DNA of 28,985 nt from the IMG/VR virus record IMGVR_UViG_3300026863_000004, positions 1-28,985 of that record; one strand, 5' to 3'. Both the position numbers and the translations under genes were made by a program. The notes beneath the pieces are model-generated. The model ran no database searches. It saw only the letters and a program-made list of their open reading frames with translations, and was not told where the DNA came from. Numbering within the stretch: position 1 is the first letter of the stretch; every line of letters starts with the position of its first letter. Positions 10,040 to 19,312 of this stretch are shown here, one piece after another. Source of the stretch: a virus. Lineage: Duplodnaviria > Caudoviricetes.

Positions 10040-10429
10040 ATGGCATACGCAGTGATCAAGGACGGCGTGGTCATCAACGCCGTCGAGTCCGAACCCGATT
10101 TCGCTGAGGAGCAGGGCTGGATCGAGCTTCCGGTATCGGCCGGTATCGGCTGGCTCTATGTCGATGGCGCATTCTCGCCACCGCCACCGCCAGTGGCGGC
10201 AGTCCCATCCGTTGTTTCCCGCCGACAGGCCAAGCTTGCCCTGCTTGCGGCCGGAAAGCTCGCAGACGCGGAAACCGCGATCGCGGGCGCGGACACCGAG
10301 ACGCAGATCAACTGGAACGACGCCGTCGAGTTTCGCCGCGACAACGCGCTGGTGGCGACCATCGGCTCCGCGCTCGGGCTCACCAGCGACCAGATCGACG
10401 ACCTGTTCAGGCTGGCGATCACGCTGTGA
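10040..10429 (+). CDS. Putative tail fibre assembly chaperone
   Basis: Follows fibre gene; YAVIKDGVVIN, GIGWLY, VSRRQAKLAL, LGLTSDQIDDLF motifs. Confidence 0.65.
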   Translation: MAYAVIKDGVVINAVESEPDFAEEQGWIELPVSAGIGWLYVDGAFSPPPPPVAAVPSVVSRRQAKLALLAAGKLADAETAIAGADTETQINWNDAVEFRRDNALVATIGSALGLTSDQIDDLFRLAITL

Positions 10430-11940
10430 AGTCACCGCTCCTTCCCCCACCGGGGATTGTCAGCGACGACACGACTTTTTCAACGCCGGGGGTGTGGGCG
10501 GACGCGAACAACATGCGCTTCTGGCGCGGAAAGCCAGAGACGATCGGCGGCTGGTCCGATGCTCTGGGTGAGAGCCTGACCGGCGTCTGCCGCAACGTGC
10601 TGGCATGGCAGGACAACGAGGGCTTCCTGAACATCGCGTTTGGGACACACCTTGGCCTTTACGTCTATAAGAACGGCACGCTGAGCGACATCACCCCGAC
10701 CGGGCTTGCGGCGGGTGCCGAGCATGGGGCAGGCGGCCCTGGCTATTCCGCTGGCGGCTATGGAGACGACGAATACGGCACATCAAGCACCGACGACTAT
10801 TTCCCACGCACATGGAGCCTTGCCAACTTCGGGCAGCTTCTCATGGCGTCACCAAGGGGCGGAACGCTCTATGTGTGGGAGAATGACCCGCTGACCGCGG
10901 CGACCGAAGTGACGAACGCGCCGGATGTGATCACCTACATGACGGTGACGCCTGAGCGGCAGGTTCTCGCATTCGGCTGCAACGAGGAAGTTTCGGGCGA
11001 CTTCAACAGTCTTTGCATCCGCGGTTCCGATATCGAGGACTATACCGACTGGACGACAGCGACCGACAACAACGCATTCGAGCATATTCTTGAGGGCGGT
11101 GGCCGGATCGTCGCGGCTCGGCTGATCGGCTCCTATGTCTCGGTGTGGACCGACCACAGCCTTTACGTCGGGCAGTTCATCGGCGATCCCGGACAGGCCT
11201 ATCGCTTCGATCGCACCGCATCGAACTGTGGCCTTGTCGGGCCGAACGCGGTGATGGTGATCAACCAGACGGCATATTGGATCAGCCCCGATTACCAGTT
11301 CCACGTCTGGAGCCTCGGCGTCCAGCCTGTCCTCGTGGCTTGCCCGATCCGCAACGACTTCAAGGACAATCTGGCAGCGGGCCAGTTCGACAAGATCTGC
11401 GCGACCTCGGTAAGCCAATATGGCGAGGTGTGGTGGTTCTACCCTGATGCTCGAGATGGGTTGGAGAACAGCCGATACCTGTTCGTCTCGACGCAGGACG
11501 GCAACTGGTCGCGTGGCCAGCTTGCCCGGTCGGCATGTTGCGACGCCGGCCCGACGCAATATCCTCTGTTCGTCGATCCGACTGGTCCCGCCTATTGGCA
11601 TGAGAACGGCAACACCGCGAACGGTGAGGCCCTGTCGTGGAGCATCACGACGTCGGACCAATATATCAACGAGGCAGCGCAGTTCCTGCTGATCAAGGGA
11701 ATCGAGCCCGACTTCGAGGATCAGCGCGGCCCGGTCAGCATGACGCTCAGCTTGCGGAAATACCCGCAAGATCCGACCGTCAGGACAAAGGGTCCGTATA
11801 CCCTCGCAGTGGGGCGCCGGAAGCGTGATTTCCTCGCGCAGGGGCGGGTGATCTCGGCTGAGTTCAGCGGCTCCAGTTCGCCCGCATTCGTCCGGTTCGG
11901 CAAGCCGACCTTCGACGTGGTTCCGACCGGACAGCAGTGA
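10426..11940 (+). CDS. Tail nozzle / packaged-DNA stabilisation protein (P22 gp10-like)
   Basis: 504 aa, beta-propeller-like composition; position between fibre and ejection genes. Confidence 0.7.
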   Translation: MKSPLLPPPGIVSDDTTFSTPGVWADANNMRFWRGKPETIGGWSDALGESLTGVCRNVLAWQDNEGFLNIAFGTHLGLYVYKNGTLSDITPTGLAAGAEHGAGGPGYSAGGYGDDEYGTSSTDDYFPRTWSLANFGQLLMASPRGGTLYVWENDPLTAATEVTNAPDVITYMTVTPERQVLAFGCNEEVSGDFNSLCIRGSDIEDYTDWTTATDNNAFEHILEGGGRIVAARLIGSYVSVWTDHSLYVGQFIGDPGQAYRFDRTASNCGLVGPNAVMVINQTAYWISPDYQFHVWSLGVQPVLVACPIRNDFKDNLAAGQFDKICATSVSQYGEVWWFYPDARDGLENSRYLFVSTQDGNWSRGQLARSACCDAGPTQYPLFVDPTGPAYWHENGNTANGEALSWSITTSDQYINEAAQFLLIKGIEPDFEDQRGPVSMTLSLRKYPQDPTVRTKGPYTLAVGRRKRDFLAQGRVISAEFSGSSSPAFVRFGKPTFDVVPTGQQ

Positions 11941-12287
11941 CCTATCCATTCCGGGATGAATTGGCCGAGGCCAATGATTCCGCGTTCTTCCCGATCGAAT
12001 ATCTCGACCAGACCATCGCGGATGGGACCTCCCAATATTGGGGCACGCCGAACGCGGCGATGGTCACGCAGATCGTCAATTATCCGGGTGGAGCAAAGGT
12101 GGTTCGGTCGCTCGCGACCACCGGGGACCTGAAAGAAATCACCGAGATCATCGCTCCGCAGATCGAGACGTGGGCGATCGAGAATGGATGCACTCACCTG
12201 CTCGTCGAAGGGCGGGACGGGTGGAAACGAGCGCTCAAGCCCTTGGGGTACGAGCCATATCAGACCGTCATCTTGAAGGTATTGTGA
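11937..12287 (+). CDS. GNAT-fold-like virion assembly protein
   Basis: 116 aa, WAIENGC...GRDGWKRAL motif; typical position just before ejection genes. Confidence 0.55.
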   Translation: MTYPFRDELAEANDSAFFPIEYLDQTIADGTSQYWGTPNAAMVTQIVNYPGGAKVVRSLATTGDLKEITEIIAPQIETWAIENGCTHLLVEGRDGWKRALKPLGYEPYQTVILKVL

Positions 12288-15200
12288 TGGGCAGCAAGAA
12301 AACCAAGACGACTTCGCAGGAGACGGCGACCACCACGCCGAACACGCCCGCGTTCGCCGACCCGGCTGTCTCGCAGTATTACGGGAATGTGCAGGAGTTC
12401 GGCCAGTCGAACCCGTACCAGTATACGACCCCGGTCAACGAACAGCAGCTTCAGGGCATCAATGCGGCGGGGTCCCTCGGCACGGCGTGGCAGGGCGGTT
12501 TGGGCCAGGCAAGCCAGATGGCGCAGAATGCCGCCTATCAGCCCGCCAGCACGGCTCAGGGCACGTTCGCGGGCACGTCGCTCGCATCCATGCCGACCAC
12601 GCCGAACGCGACTACCTATGGCGCGCAGACCGGCACGGCCCAGAATGCGGCGCTGAACACGACCAACGCGGCGACGGCTGGCCCGGCACAAAATGCCAGC
12701 ACCTCCCTGTTCAACGCTCCGACGCTCGGGGCCGCCACACAGGCTCAGTCTCAGCAGGCCGGAGCCTATGGCTATACCGCTCCCAACCTCGGGCAAGCCA
12801 CTCAGGCGACGGCGCAGGGCTATACCGCGCCAAATCTCGGCCCAGCGGCTCAGGCGCAAGGGGGGAGCTTCGCTGGCGCGACGGCTGGCCCCGCCGCCCA
12901 GGGCAGCGTCACGAACGCGACAGCGGCGAATGCTGGTCAGGCGAACCTCGGCACGGCGGCTCAGCTTGGGCAGGCGGGGCAGGTCACCGCGGCGAATGCC
13001 GGTTCGGCGGCGCAGGCGGCAGCCAATGGCTATGACGTCGCCAACCTCAACCCTGCCCAGACCTATCAGGCGCAGGGCTATACCGCCCCGAACCTCGGCG
13101 GTGCCCAGAATGCCACGGCGCAGGGCTACACGGCCCAACAGGCGACGGCGGCGCAGCTTGGGCCCACCGCGACCTATCAGGCGCAGCAGGCGCAGGCGGC
13201 GGGGCTGCTGGACAACGGTCTTTCCCAATACCTCAATCCCGCAACGCAGAACCTCGTCGACACATCGCTGGCGAACTTCGACGACCAGCGGGGGCGGGTA
13301 GAGGCGCAGCAGGCGGCGAACGCTGCCAAGGCCGGTGCGTTCGGCGGGTCTCGCCTCGCGATCCGGGAGGCGCAGACCGCCGCCGACATGACCCGCAATC
13401 GTGCGCTGACCGAAGCTGAGTTGCGCAATGCGGCGTTCAACACGGCCACTGGTCTTGCACAATTTGATGCGGGCAACCGTCAACAGACGAACCTTGCCAA
13501 CGCGCAGTTCGGAAACGCCGCGCTCAGCCAGAACACCAATGCACTCAACCAGACCAATCTGGCTCAGGGCAGCTTCAACCAGCAGGCCAATCTCCAGAAC
13601 GCGGATGCGCTCAACCAGGCCGGCGCGTTCAACGCGAACGCCAACAACACGAACAGCATGTTCAACGTCGGGCAGAACAACCAGTATGGCCTGGCCAATG
13701 CCCAGATGCAGGCGGACGCCGCGCAGTTCGGCGCCAACGCCAACAATCAGGCTGGGCAGTTCAACGCGGCGGCTGGCAATCAGTTCGCGCTCAACCAGTT
13801 CGATGCGGCCAACCAGGCGGCGCAGTTCGGGGCAGGAGCGCAGAACCAGGCCAACCTGTTCAACGCTGGCGCGGCCAATGACTTCGCCCTGACAAACAGC
13901 GGATATCAGCAGCAGGCGAACCTGTTCAACACGGGCGCTCAGAATGATTTCGCCCAGCAGAACGTCGCAAACCAGCAGCAGACCGGACTGGCCAATCAGG
14001 CCGCCCAGAACCAGTTCGCGCTGACCAATGCCGGCTTCACGCAGGACGCGAACCTGCAAAATGCGGCGGCGGCGAACACGAACTCGATGTTCAATGCAGG
14101 CCAGACGAACAACATCGCCCAGTCCAACGCGGCGAACCAGAACAGCGCGGGCATCGCGTCGATGCAGACCGGCGCGCAGGTGGGCATGTTCAACGCTGGT
14201 GCGGCAAACGACCTTGCCTTGGCGCAGGCGCAGATGGCGGCTCAGGCAGGCCAGTTCAACGCCGGTCAGGCCAATCAGCTCGGCATGTTCAACGCTGGCG
14301 CCCAGAACGACTATGGCCTCGCCAATGCCCAGATGCAGCAGCAGGCCAACCAATTCACGGCAGGCGCTCAGAACAATGCCGCGCTTCAGAACGCCCAGCT
14401 CGGCACGCAGACGAACCTGTTCAATGCCGGTGCTGCCAACGATCTCGCGCAGTATCAGGCGGGGCTGACCCAGCAGGCGGGACTGGCCAACGCGAACGCT
14501 CTCAACTCGACGAGCCAGTTCAATGCGGGCCAGAACAACCAGCTTTCGCAATTCAACGCGGCGAACCAACAGCAAGCCAATCTGGCGAACCAGTCGGCGG
14601 CGAACCAGAACAGCCTGTTCAATGCCGGTGCCGCGAACGACATGACGGCGCAGAATCTCGCCGCCCAGAATGCCGCGGCACAGTTCGGCGCCAACGCAAC
14701 CAACCAGCTCAACTCCCAGGCGTTCGGCATGGCCGGCGACATGAACCAGTACAATGCCGGGGCGCTCAACCAGGGCAACCAGTTCAACGCCAGCCAGGCG
14801 CAGCAGAACAACCAGTTTAATGCCAACGCGCAGCAGCAGCAGATCGCCAACCAGCTTCAGGCGGCGGGGCTCCTCGGCAACAATGCCGTTTCGGCCGGCA
14901 ATCTCGCGCAGGGCGATGCCCAGCAGCAGCTTCAGGCCGGAAACACGCTGTGGGACATCCAGAACCAGTACAACCAGGCGCCGCTGACCCAGCTTCAGGC
15001 TCAGGCCGGCCTGCTCAACCCGTCGCTCATCAATGCCTATTCCGGTCAGACGATCAACTCGAATAGCACGGGTACTTCTAAGACGAGCGGTGGCGCACTC
15101 GGCTCCATTCTCGGCGCGGCGGCGCAGTTGGGCTCGGCGGCGATCATGGCGTCCGAACGTCGGGTCAAGCGCGACATCGAATTGCTCGGTCGCGAGCCGG

Positions 15201-15355
15201 ACGGGCTGGGCATCTATCGGTACAACTACCGAGCCGATCCGGCAGACACGCCGACGCGGCATGGAGTCATGGCCGATGAGGTCAAGCGCATCCGTCCATG
15301 GGCGCTTGGTCCGATCGTCGATGGCATTCAGACCGTCAACTATGGAGCGCTGTGA
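12287..15355 (+). CDS. Ejection/DNA pilot protein with long N/Q/A repeats and C-terminal peptidase S74-like chaperone domain
   Basis: True start ATG 12287 (overlaps upstream TGA), 1022 aa; central YLNP...GAFGGSR; C-terminal SERRVKRDI...GIYRYNY...GVMADEV...VNYGAL. Confidence 0.8.
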   Translation: MGSKKTKTTSQETATTTPNTPAFADPAVSQYYGNVQEFGQSNPYQYTTPVNEQQLQGINAAGSLGTAWQGGLGQASQMAQNAAYQPASTAQGTFAGTSLASMPTTPNATTYGAQTGTAQNAALNTTNAATAGPAQNASTSLFNAPTLGAATQAQSQQAGAYGYTAPNLGQATQATAQGYTAPNLGPAAQAQGGSFAGATAGPAAQGSVTNATAANAGQANLGTAAQLGQAGQVTAANAGSAAQAAANGYDVANLNPAQTYQAQGYTAPNLGGAQNATAQGYTAQQATAAQLGPTATYQAQQAQAAGLLDNGLSQYLNPATQNLVDTSLANFDDQRGRVEAQQAANAAKAGAFGGSRLAIREAQTAADMTRNRALTEAELRNAAFNTATGLAQFDAGNRQQTNLANAQFGNAALSQNTNALNQTNLAQGSFNQQANLQNADALNQAGAFNANANNTNSMFNVGQNNQYGLANAQMQADAAQFGANANNQAGQFNAAAGNQFALNQFDAANQAAQFGAGAQNQANLFNAGAANDFALTNSGYQQQANLFNTGAQNDFAQQNVANQQQTGLANQAAQNQFALTNAGFTQDANLQNAAAANTNSMFNAGQTNNIAQSNAANQNSAGIASMQTGAQVGMFNAGAANDLALAQAQMAAQAGQFNAGQANQLGMFNAGAQNDYGLANAQMQQQANQFTAGAQNNAALQNAQLGTQTNLFNAGAANDLAQYQAGLTQQAGLANANALNSTSQFNAGQNNQLSQFNAANQQQANLANQSAANQNSLFNAGAANDMTAQNLAAQNAAAQFGANATNQLNSQAFGMAGDMNQYNAGALNQGNQFNASQAQQNNQFNANAQQQQIANQLQAAGLLGNNAVSAGNLAQGDAQQQLQAGNTLWDIQNQYNQAPLTQLQAQAGLLNPSLINAYSGQTINSNSTGTSKTSGGALGSILGAAAQLGSAAIMASERRVKRDIELLGREPDGLGIYRYNYRADPADTPTRHGVMADEVKRIRPWALGPIVDGIQTVNYGAL
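12554..13207 (+). repeat. Coding 5/6-residue repeat arm (includes 3 x GYTAPNLG)
   Basis: Anchor residues spaced 5 or 6 aa apart over aa ~90-307. Confidence 0.75.
13463..14848 (+). repeat. Coding 11-residue (33-nt) repeat, 42 units
   Basis: F/Y/A/Q-N motif recurs every 11 aa from aa 393 to 844 without an indel. Confidence 0.9.
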
Positions 15356-15951
15356 TGGGTTTGTTCGGATCCCTGTTCGGCAAGAAGCAACAATCCCTGT
15401 TCGCACCGGGGTCAGGGCCGGAGTCGACGCCGATCCAGAAGCCGCAAGGCATCTTCAACGGCGGCAGCTTCACCGGACGCGACGCGATCGGCCTTGCCCT
15501 TGGCGCGATCGGCGACGGCATTTCTCAGAACTATGGCGGGCAGGCCATGGTTGCCCCGATGCTGTTCGGCCGCATCCAGCAGCGCGACAAGGACAAGCGC
15601 AGCGAGGACGAATATCAGCGTCGCCGGGCGGATGAGAACAGCGACTGGCAAAAGCGCCAGGAGTGGGAGCGCAATAACCCGAAGGCACCGCAGCCAACCG
15701 AGTTCGAGCGCATCCTAGATGCTGGCGGGTTCTCGCCTGAGGAGCGTCAAAAGTTGCTCCAGGGCTACGCACAGCAACGCGCAGCCGGCGATCCTATCGT
15801 GCAGACGAATGCGGACGGCACCAAGACCATCTATCCTCGGTCGATCCTCAACGGCGCACCAACCATTCCGGCTCGTCCTGTTGGCAAGCTGACCCCTCTT
15901 AATCCGGGAGGTCCTGGCCTCGGCCAGGGGGGCTTTCGCACCCCCTACTAA
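15355..15951 (+). CDS. Putative ejection protein
   Basis: ATG overlaps upstream TGA; 198 aa; amphipathic IGLALGAIGDGI segment then charged helix. Confidence 0.65.
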   Translation: MGLFGSLFGKKQQSLFAPGSGPESTPIQKPQGIFNGGSFTGRDAIGLALGAIGDGISQNYGGQAMVAPMLFGRIQQRDKDKRSEDEYQRRRADENSDWQKRQEWERNNPKAPQPTEFERILDAGGFSPEERQKLLQGYAQQRAAGDPIVQTNADGTKTIYPRSILNGAPTIPARPVGKLTPLNPGGPGLGQGGFRTPY

Positions 15952-15964
15952 CGCACCGGGCACG

Positions 15965-16195
15965 ATGACGAGCGGTCGGCGGACGGTGGAAGGAAACCGA
16001 GCAGTCGGGGGCGTTCCCAATAGCTGGCACATCAACGGTGATGCGGCGGATTACACCGGGACGACCCCGCAGGCGCTTCGGCAGTATTTTGGGCCGGGCA
16101 TCAAGATCATCCCCGAGAACGACCACATCCACGTGCAGGGCAGGGGGCTGAACGCCCCGTATTTCGGCCGCCGTGGTACCATCGGAGCAAGGTAA
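15965..16195 (+). CDS. Peptidase M15A-like (LAS) zinc peptidoglycan hydrolase domain, possibly expressed by +1 frameshift
   Basis: TSGRR, NRAVGG, SWHINGDAAD (H-x6-D) and DHIHV (HxH) zinc motifs. Confidence 0.78.
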   Translation: MTSGRRTVEGNRAVGGVPNSWHINGDAADYTGTTPQALRQYFGPGIKIIPENDHIHVQGRGLNAPYFGRRGTIGAR

Positions 16196-16196
16196 T

Positions 16197-18620
16197 ATGC
16201 CGCAGGCAGTCGACGAAGACGGCAACATCTGGGAAACCGACGCCGCCGGCAATCCCGTGCGCTATGTCGGCAAGCGCGGCGGACAGTCCGCGCCAATGAC
16301 GATCGGGACGCCCGATCCAAAGCAGCCGCTTGAGGTCCAGGCGCTTCAGCAGCAGATTGGCGAGAACGCGCGCAAGACGCCGCTGGAGATCGACAACCAG
16401 TCCCTGCAAAACCAGAAGCTGCGCCAGGAGCTTTCGAAAGGGCCGGCGCCGACCGATAACGAGCTCCAAATGTCGCAGAAGACGGCGAATCTCGACGCGC
16501 TGATTGGCCAGATCAATCGGGTTCAGGAGCTATACCAGGGTGGCCCCGGAGCGACCAAGGGCATGAGCGGCGCGCTTGACATGCTCCCGACGCCTCAGAA
16601 CCGCCAATTCAATTCTGCCGCTGCCGGGCTGGCGGAGCAGGGCCTTGCGGCCTTCCGCGTTCCCGGCGTTGGTTCGCAGTCGGATACCGAGCTTCGGCAG
16701 TTCGTGGAGGCCAACCGCCCTTCGGCGAGCGATTACGACACCACGATCGAAGAGAAGCTCCGCCAGCTTCGCGGTCGCGTGGATGCAACCCGCAAGGAAA
16801 TGAACCTATCTCCGGCCGAATGGCAGGGCGCAGACCAGACGCAGGGCATCTCCGGCGGCGGCAATGCTGGAACGCAAGCCGGCCTTGCGCAGCAGGGCGA
16901 GCGCTTCTCGACGGAGGCGGATCAGCGCTACCGTGCGCTCGCTCAGGCGGCATTCGATCGGGGCGCCGGCTTCAAGGAATTGAACGATCTCGCCAAGCGC
17001 TATGGATACGAGCCCTACGGCCAGGATCTCGCCAAGGCGATCCAGTTTCGCAACAGGGGCGGCAAGGGCGCGCAGATGGTCGAGCCGCAGAGCGGCACCC
17101 GTGACCTGAGCGCGCTGAACCAGATCTCGGCAACGCCCGTTGCGGAATATTTCCGAGGCGCTGCGAACGGCGCGACCGCTGGAACGCTGGATGAAATCAC
17201 GGGCGGCGTTAATGCCTTGGCAACAGGCCGCCCTTTGAATGAGGCCATCGCGGAAGCTGACCTGAAAAAGCAGATCGGCGCAGACGCGTTCCCGATGTCG
17301 AACATCGCTGGCAATATCACTGGCGGCATCGGTGCGACCCTGGCAGGTGGCGCCGGTATGCGTGCGCTTGGCGTAGCTCCGAAGCTTGGACGCGCCGCCC
17401 CGATGCTTGGCGATCTCGGCTACGGCGCCGCTTACGGTGCTGGCGAAAACAACGACAATCGCCTGCTCGGTGCCGGCATGGGCGGCGCGATGGGCGTTGC
17501 TGGTGGCGTGGCGGGCCGAAACCTCATCGGCGGCGCAGGACGCGTCATGTCCGGCGCGCAGGGCACTGCCCAGCAATTCCTGCGCGACCGTGGCGTCGGG
17601 CAGACGATCGGGCAGACGGTGGGCGGCGCATTGAAGACGGCGGAGGACAAGATGATGTCCATGCCGGTCGTCGGCGACATGGTGGCCAAGCGTCGCATGG
17701 AGGGCATGGCGGACTTCAACGGCGCGGCATTCCGCGAACTCTTCCCGAACGTAACGGAGGTCGGGCCAAAGGGGCTGGAACAGGCAAGCCAGGTCATCAA
17801 TCAGGCCTATAGTCAGGCACTCTCCGGCGTGAACATCCCTGCTGACCCGGTCTTCAAGCGTGGCATGGGTGCTGCGATCAAGGCCGCCATGAAAGTGCCC
17901 GGTCGCTCCGATGACGTCGGGTACCTGCTCCAGCAGTATGTCGAACCCAATCTTCAGGGTGGCGTGCTGACCGGCGATCGGTTGCAGGCGATCCTCCAAG
18001 GCATTGCCAAGGAAAAAGCCGCGGTGAAGGGACAGCCTCGCGCCTATGAGTATGGCCAGGCGATCGACCTGATCGGTGATGCGGTGATGGAACTGGCGGA
18101 GCGCGGCTCCCCGGGCACCGCTCAGGCGGTAAAGGAGGCGAACCGGCTCTATGCCGGCAAGCGCGTGCTGGAAAATGCCGTCTTGGCGGCGGATGGCAAT
18201 GGCGGCCTTTTCACGCCGCAGCAGCTTTCCCGCGCCTCGATCAACAACACGAAGAAGTTCGGCGGCGCTGCAAAAGCGGCGGAAGGTAGTCGTCCATTCT
18301 ACGAGTTGACGAAATCCGGCCAGGAAGTTCTGCCGTCGAAGGTGCCGAACTCAGGCACAGCGGACCGTATCCTGATGGCTGCTCCGATGCTTCCAGCGGC
18401 AGCAGGAGGTGGTTTGGCGGCGATGGACTGGATCGATCCGCAGACGGCGGCGGCGATCGGCGCCCTGGGCCTGCCCTTCACGAAGGCCGGACAGCGTGCC
18501 GCCGTTGCGATGCTGACCAAGCGCCCACCCGGCATGTCAGCCGGCGGTGATGTCCTGAAGCGCAATCGTCGGCTGGGTGGCCTGATCGGCGCGCCGCTGC
18601 TTGGGCAGAACTCGAACTAG
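16197..18620 (+). CDS. Large ejection/DNA transfer protein
   Basis: ATG 16197 with SD GGAG/AAGG; 807 aa, Ala/Gly-rich helical; GATAGTLDEI, FTPQQL, PNSGTADR motifs; last gene of the ejection block. Confidence 0.72.
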   Translation: MPQAVDEDGNIWETDAAGNPVRYVGKRGGQSAPMTIGTPDPKQPLEVQALQQQIGENARKTPLEIDNQSLQNQKLRQELSKGPAPTDNELQMSQKTANLDALIGQINRVQELYQGGPGATKGMSGALDMLPTPQNRQFNSAAAGLAEQGLAAFRVPGVGSQSDTELRQFVEANRPSASDYDTTIEEKLRQLRGRVDATRKEMNLSPAEWQGADQTQGISGGGNAGTQAGLAQQGERFSTEADQRYRALAQAAFDRGAGFKELNDLAKRYGYEPYGQDLAKAIQFRNRGGKGAQMVEPQSGTRDLSALNQISATPVAEYFRGAANGATAGTLDEITGGVNALATGRPLNEAIAEADLKKQIGADAFPMSNIAGNITGGIGATLAGGAGMRALGVAPKLGRAAPMLGDLGYGAAYGAGENNDNRLLGAGMGGAMGVAGGVAGRNLIGGAGRVMSGAQGTAQQFLRDRGVGQTIGQTVGGALKTAEDKMMSMPVVGDMVAKRRMEGMADFNGAAFRELFPNVTEVGPKGLEQASQVINQAYSQALSGVNIPADPVFKRGMGAAIKAAMKVPGRSDDVGYLLQQYVEPNLQGGVLTGDRLQAILQGIAKEKAAVKGQPRAYEYGQAIDLIGDAVMELAERGSPGTAQAVKEANRLYAGKRVLENAVLAADGNGGLFTPQQLSRASINNTKKFGGAAKAAEGSRPFYELTKSGQEVLPSKVPNSGTADRILMAAPMLPAAAGGGLAAMDWIDPQTAAAIGALGLPFTKAGQRAAVAMLTKRPPGMSAGGDVLKRNRRLGGLIGAPLLGQNSN

Positions 18621-18865
18621 TCCTGACCGAACCAGGACCAATATGTGAATGACAACGTACCAGCGAGCGACACAAAGAACGCCACCCACAGCCACCGCTC
18701 GAACAGCTTCAGCTTGCGATCGGTGATCCACTCGCCCCGCCAGTTCTGGGAAACCTCGATCTCCCGGCGGTTCTCTTTCCAGTGACGATATCCGGTGAGA
18801 ATCGCTCCGCCGATACCCATGCCGACCGATACGGCAATCATCTGCGCCCAATGAAGATCTGCCAT
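18617..18865 (-). CDS. Small two-TM membrane protein (moron)
   Basis: 82 aa from ATG 18865, two hydrophobic segments; convergent overlap with the ejection gene stop. Confidence 0.6.
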   Translation of the reverse strand: MADLHWAQMIAVSVGMGIGGAILTGYRHWKENRREIEVSQNWRGEWITDRKLKLFERWLWVAFFVSLAGTLSFTYWSWFGQD

Positions 18866-18961
18866 CCGCCACCCCCTACCACAACGAAAGGACCGCGCCA
18901 ATGTCCGACCTCCCAACGTGGGGCAGGCGCCTGAACGATGCCGCCATTGACGCCATGGATT

Positions 18962-19282
18962 TCAGTTCAGGCCGCCCGGATACGGAAACATTATCTTCGG
19001 CCGATCAACCACTGAATATCCGTTTAGCGCTGCTGGAGAGATGGCCATATCAAAGACGGATTTGGGTACTGGCGACTGTAGAAGGAAATCAATCCCAGGA
19101 TGATCCGGGGCGGGCGCCAGGTCGTGTCGGTCTAGCCGAACTATCCGCTCTGGTCGTTGCGCTCCTGCGCTACGGCTGTGCATCCATTTGGTCACGAACC
19201 AAAGAGCGCCTTCGTATTCGATAGTGTCGAACGTCCCGACGCTGCCTTCGCGCGTCAGCACCATCGTCCGCTTGAAGTTCAT
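18962..19282 (-). CDS. Hypothetical protein (moron)
   Basis: 106 aa from ATG 19282 with SD GAGGGG; globular composition (DTIEYEGALWFV...RPERIVRLD). Confidence 0.6.
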   Translation of the reverse strand: MNFKRTMVLTREGSVGTFDTIEYEGALWFVTKWMHSRSAGAQRPERIVRLDRHDLAPAPDHPGIDFLLQSPVPKSVFDMAISPAALNGYSVVDRPKIMFPYPGGLN

Positions 19283-19312
19283 CCACCCCTCCCTGAGTCG
19301 AAGGAGAGCATT

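Noticed and set aside
12038-12286. 83-aa N-terminal extension of the repeat protein in the ORF track
   Set aside because: Overlaps the GNAT-like gene; the coupled ATG at 12287 is the better start.
13463-14848. 33-nt periodicity as a CRISPR array
   Set aside because: Degenerate in-frame coding repeats with no repeat-spacer alternation and no cas genes.
12260-15406. 1048-aa minus-strand ORF and other long antisense ORFs over structural genes
   Set aside because: Shadow frames produced by high-GC codon bias of the real + strand genes; no protein-like motifs.
18901-19224. 107-aa + strand ORF with a good SD (AAAGGA)
   Set aside because: Mostly antisense to the more protein-like 18962-19282 gene; at most a remnant of an interrupted gene.
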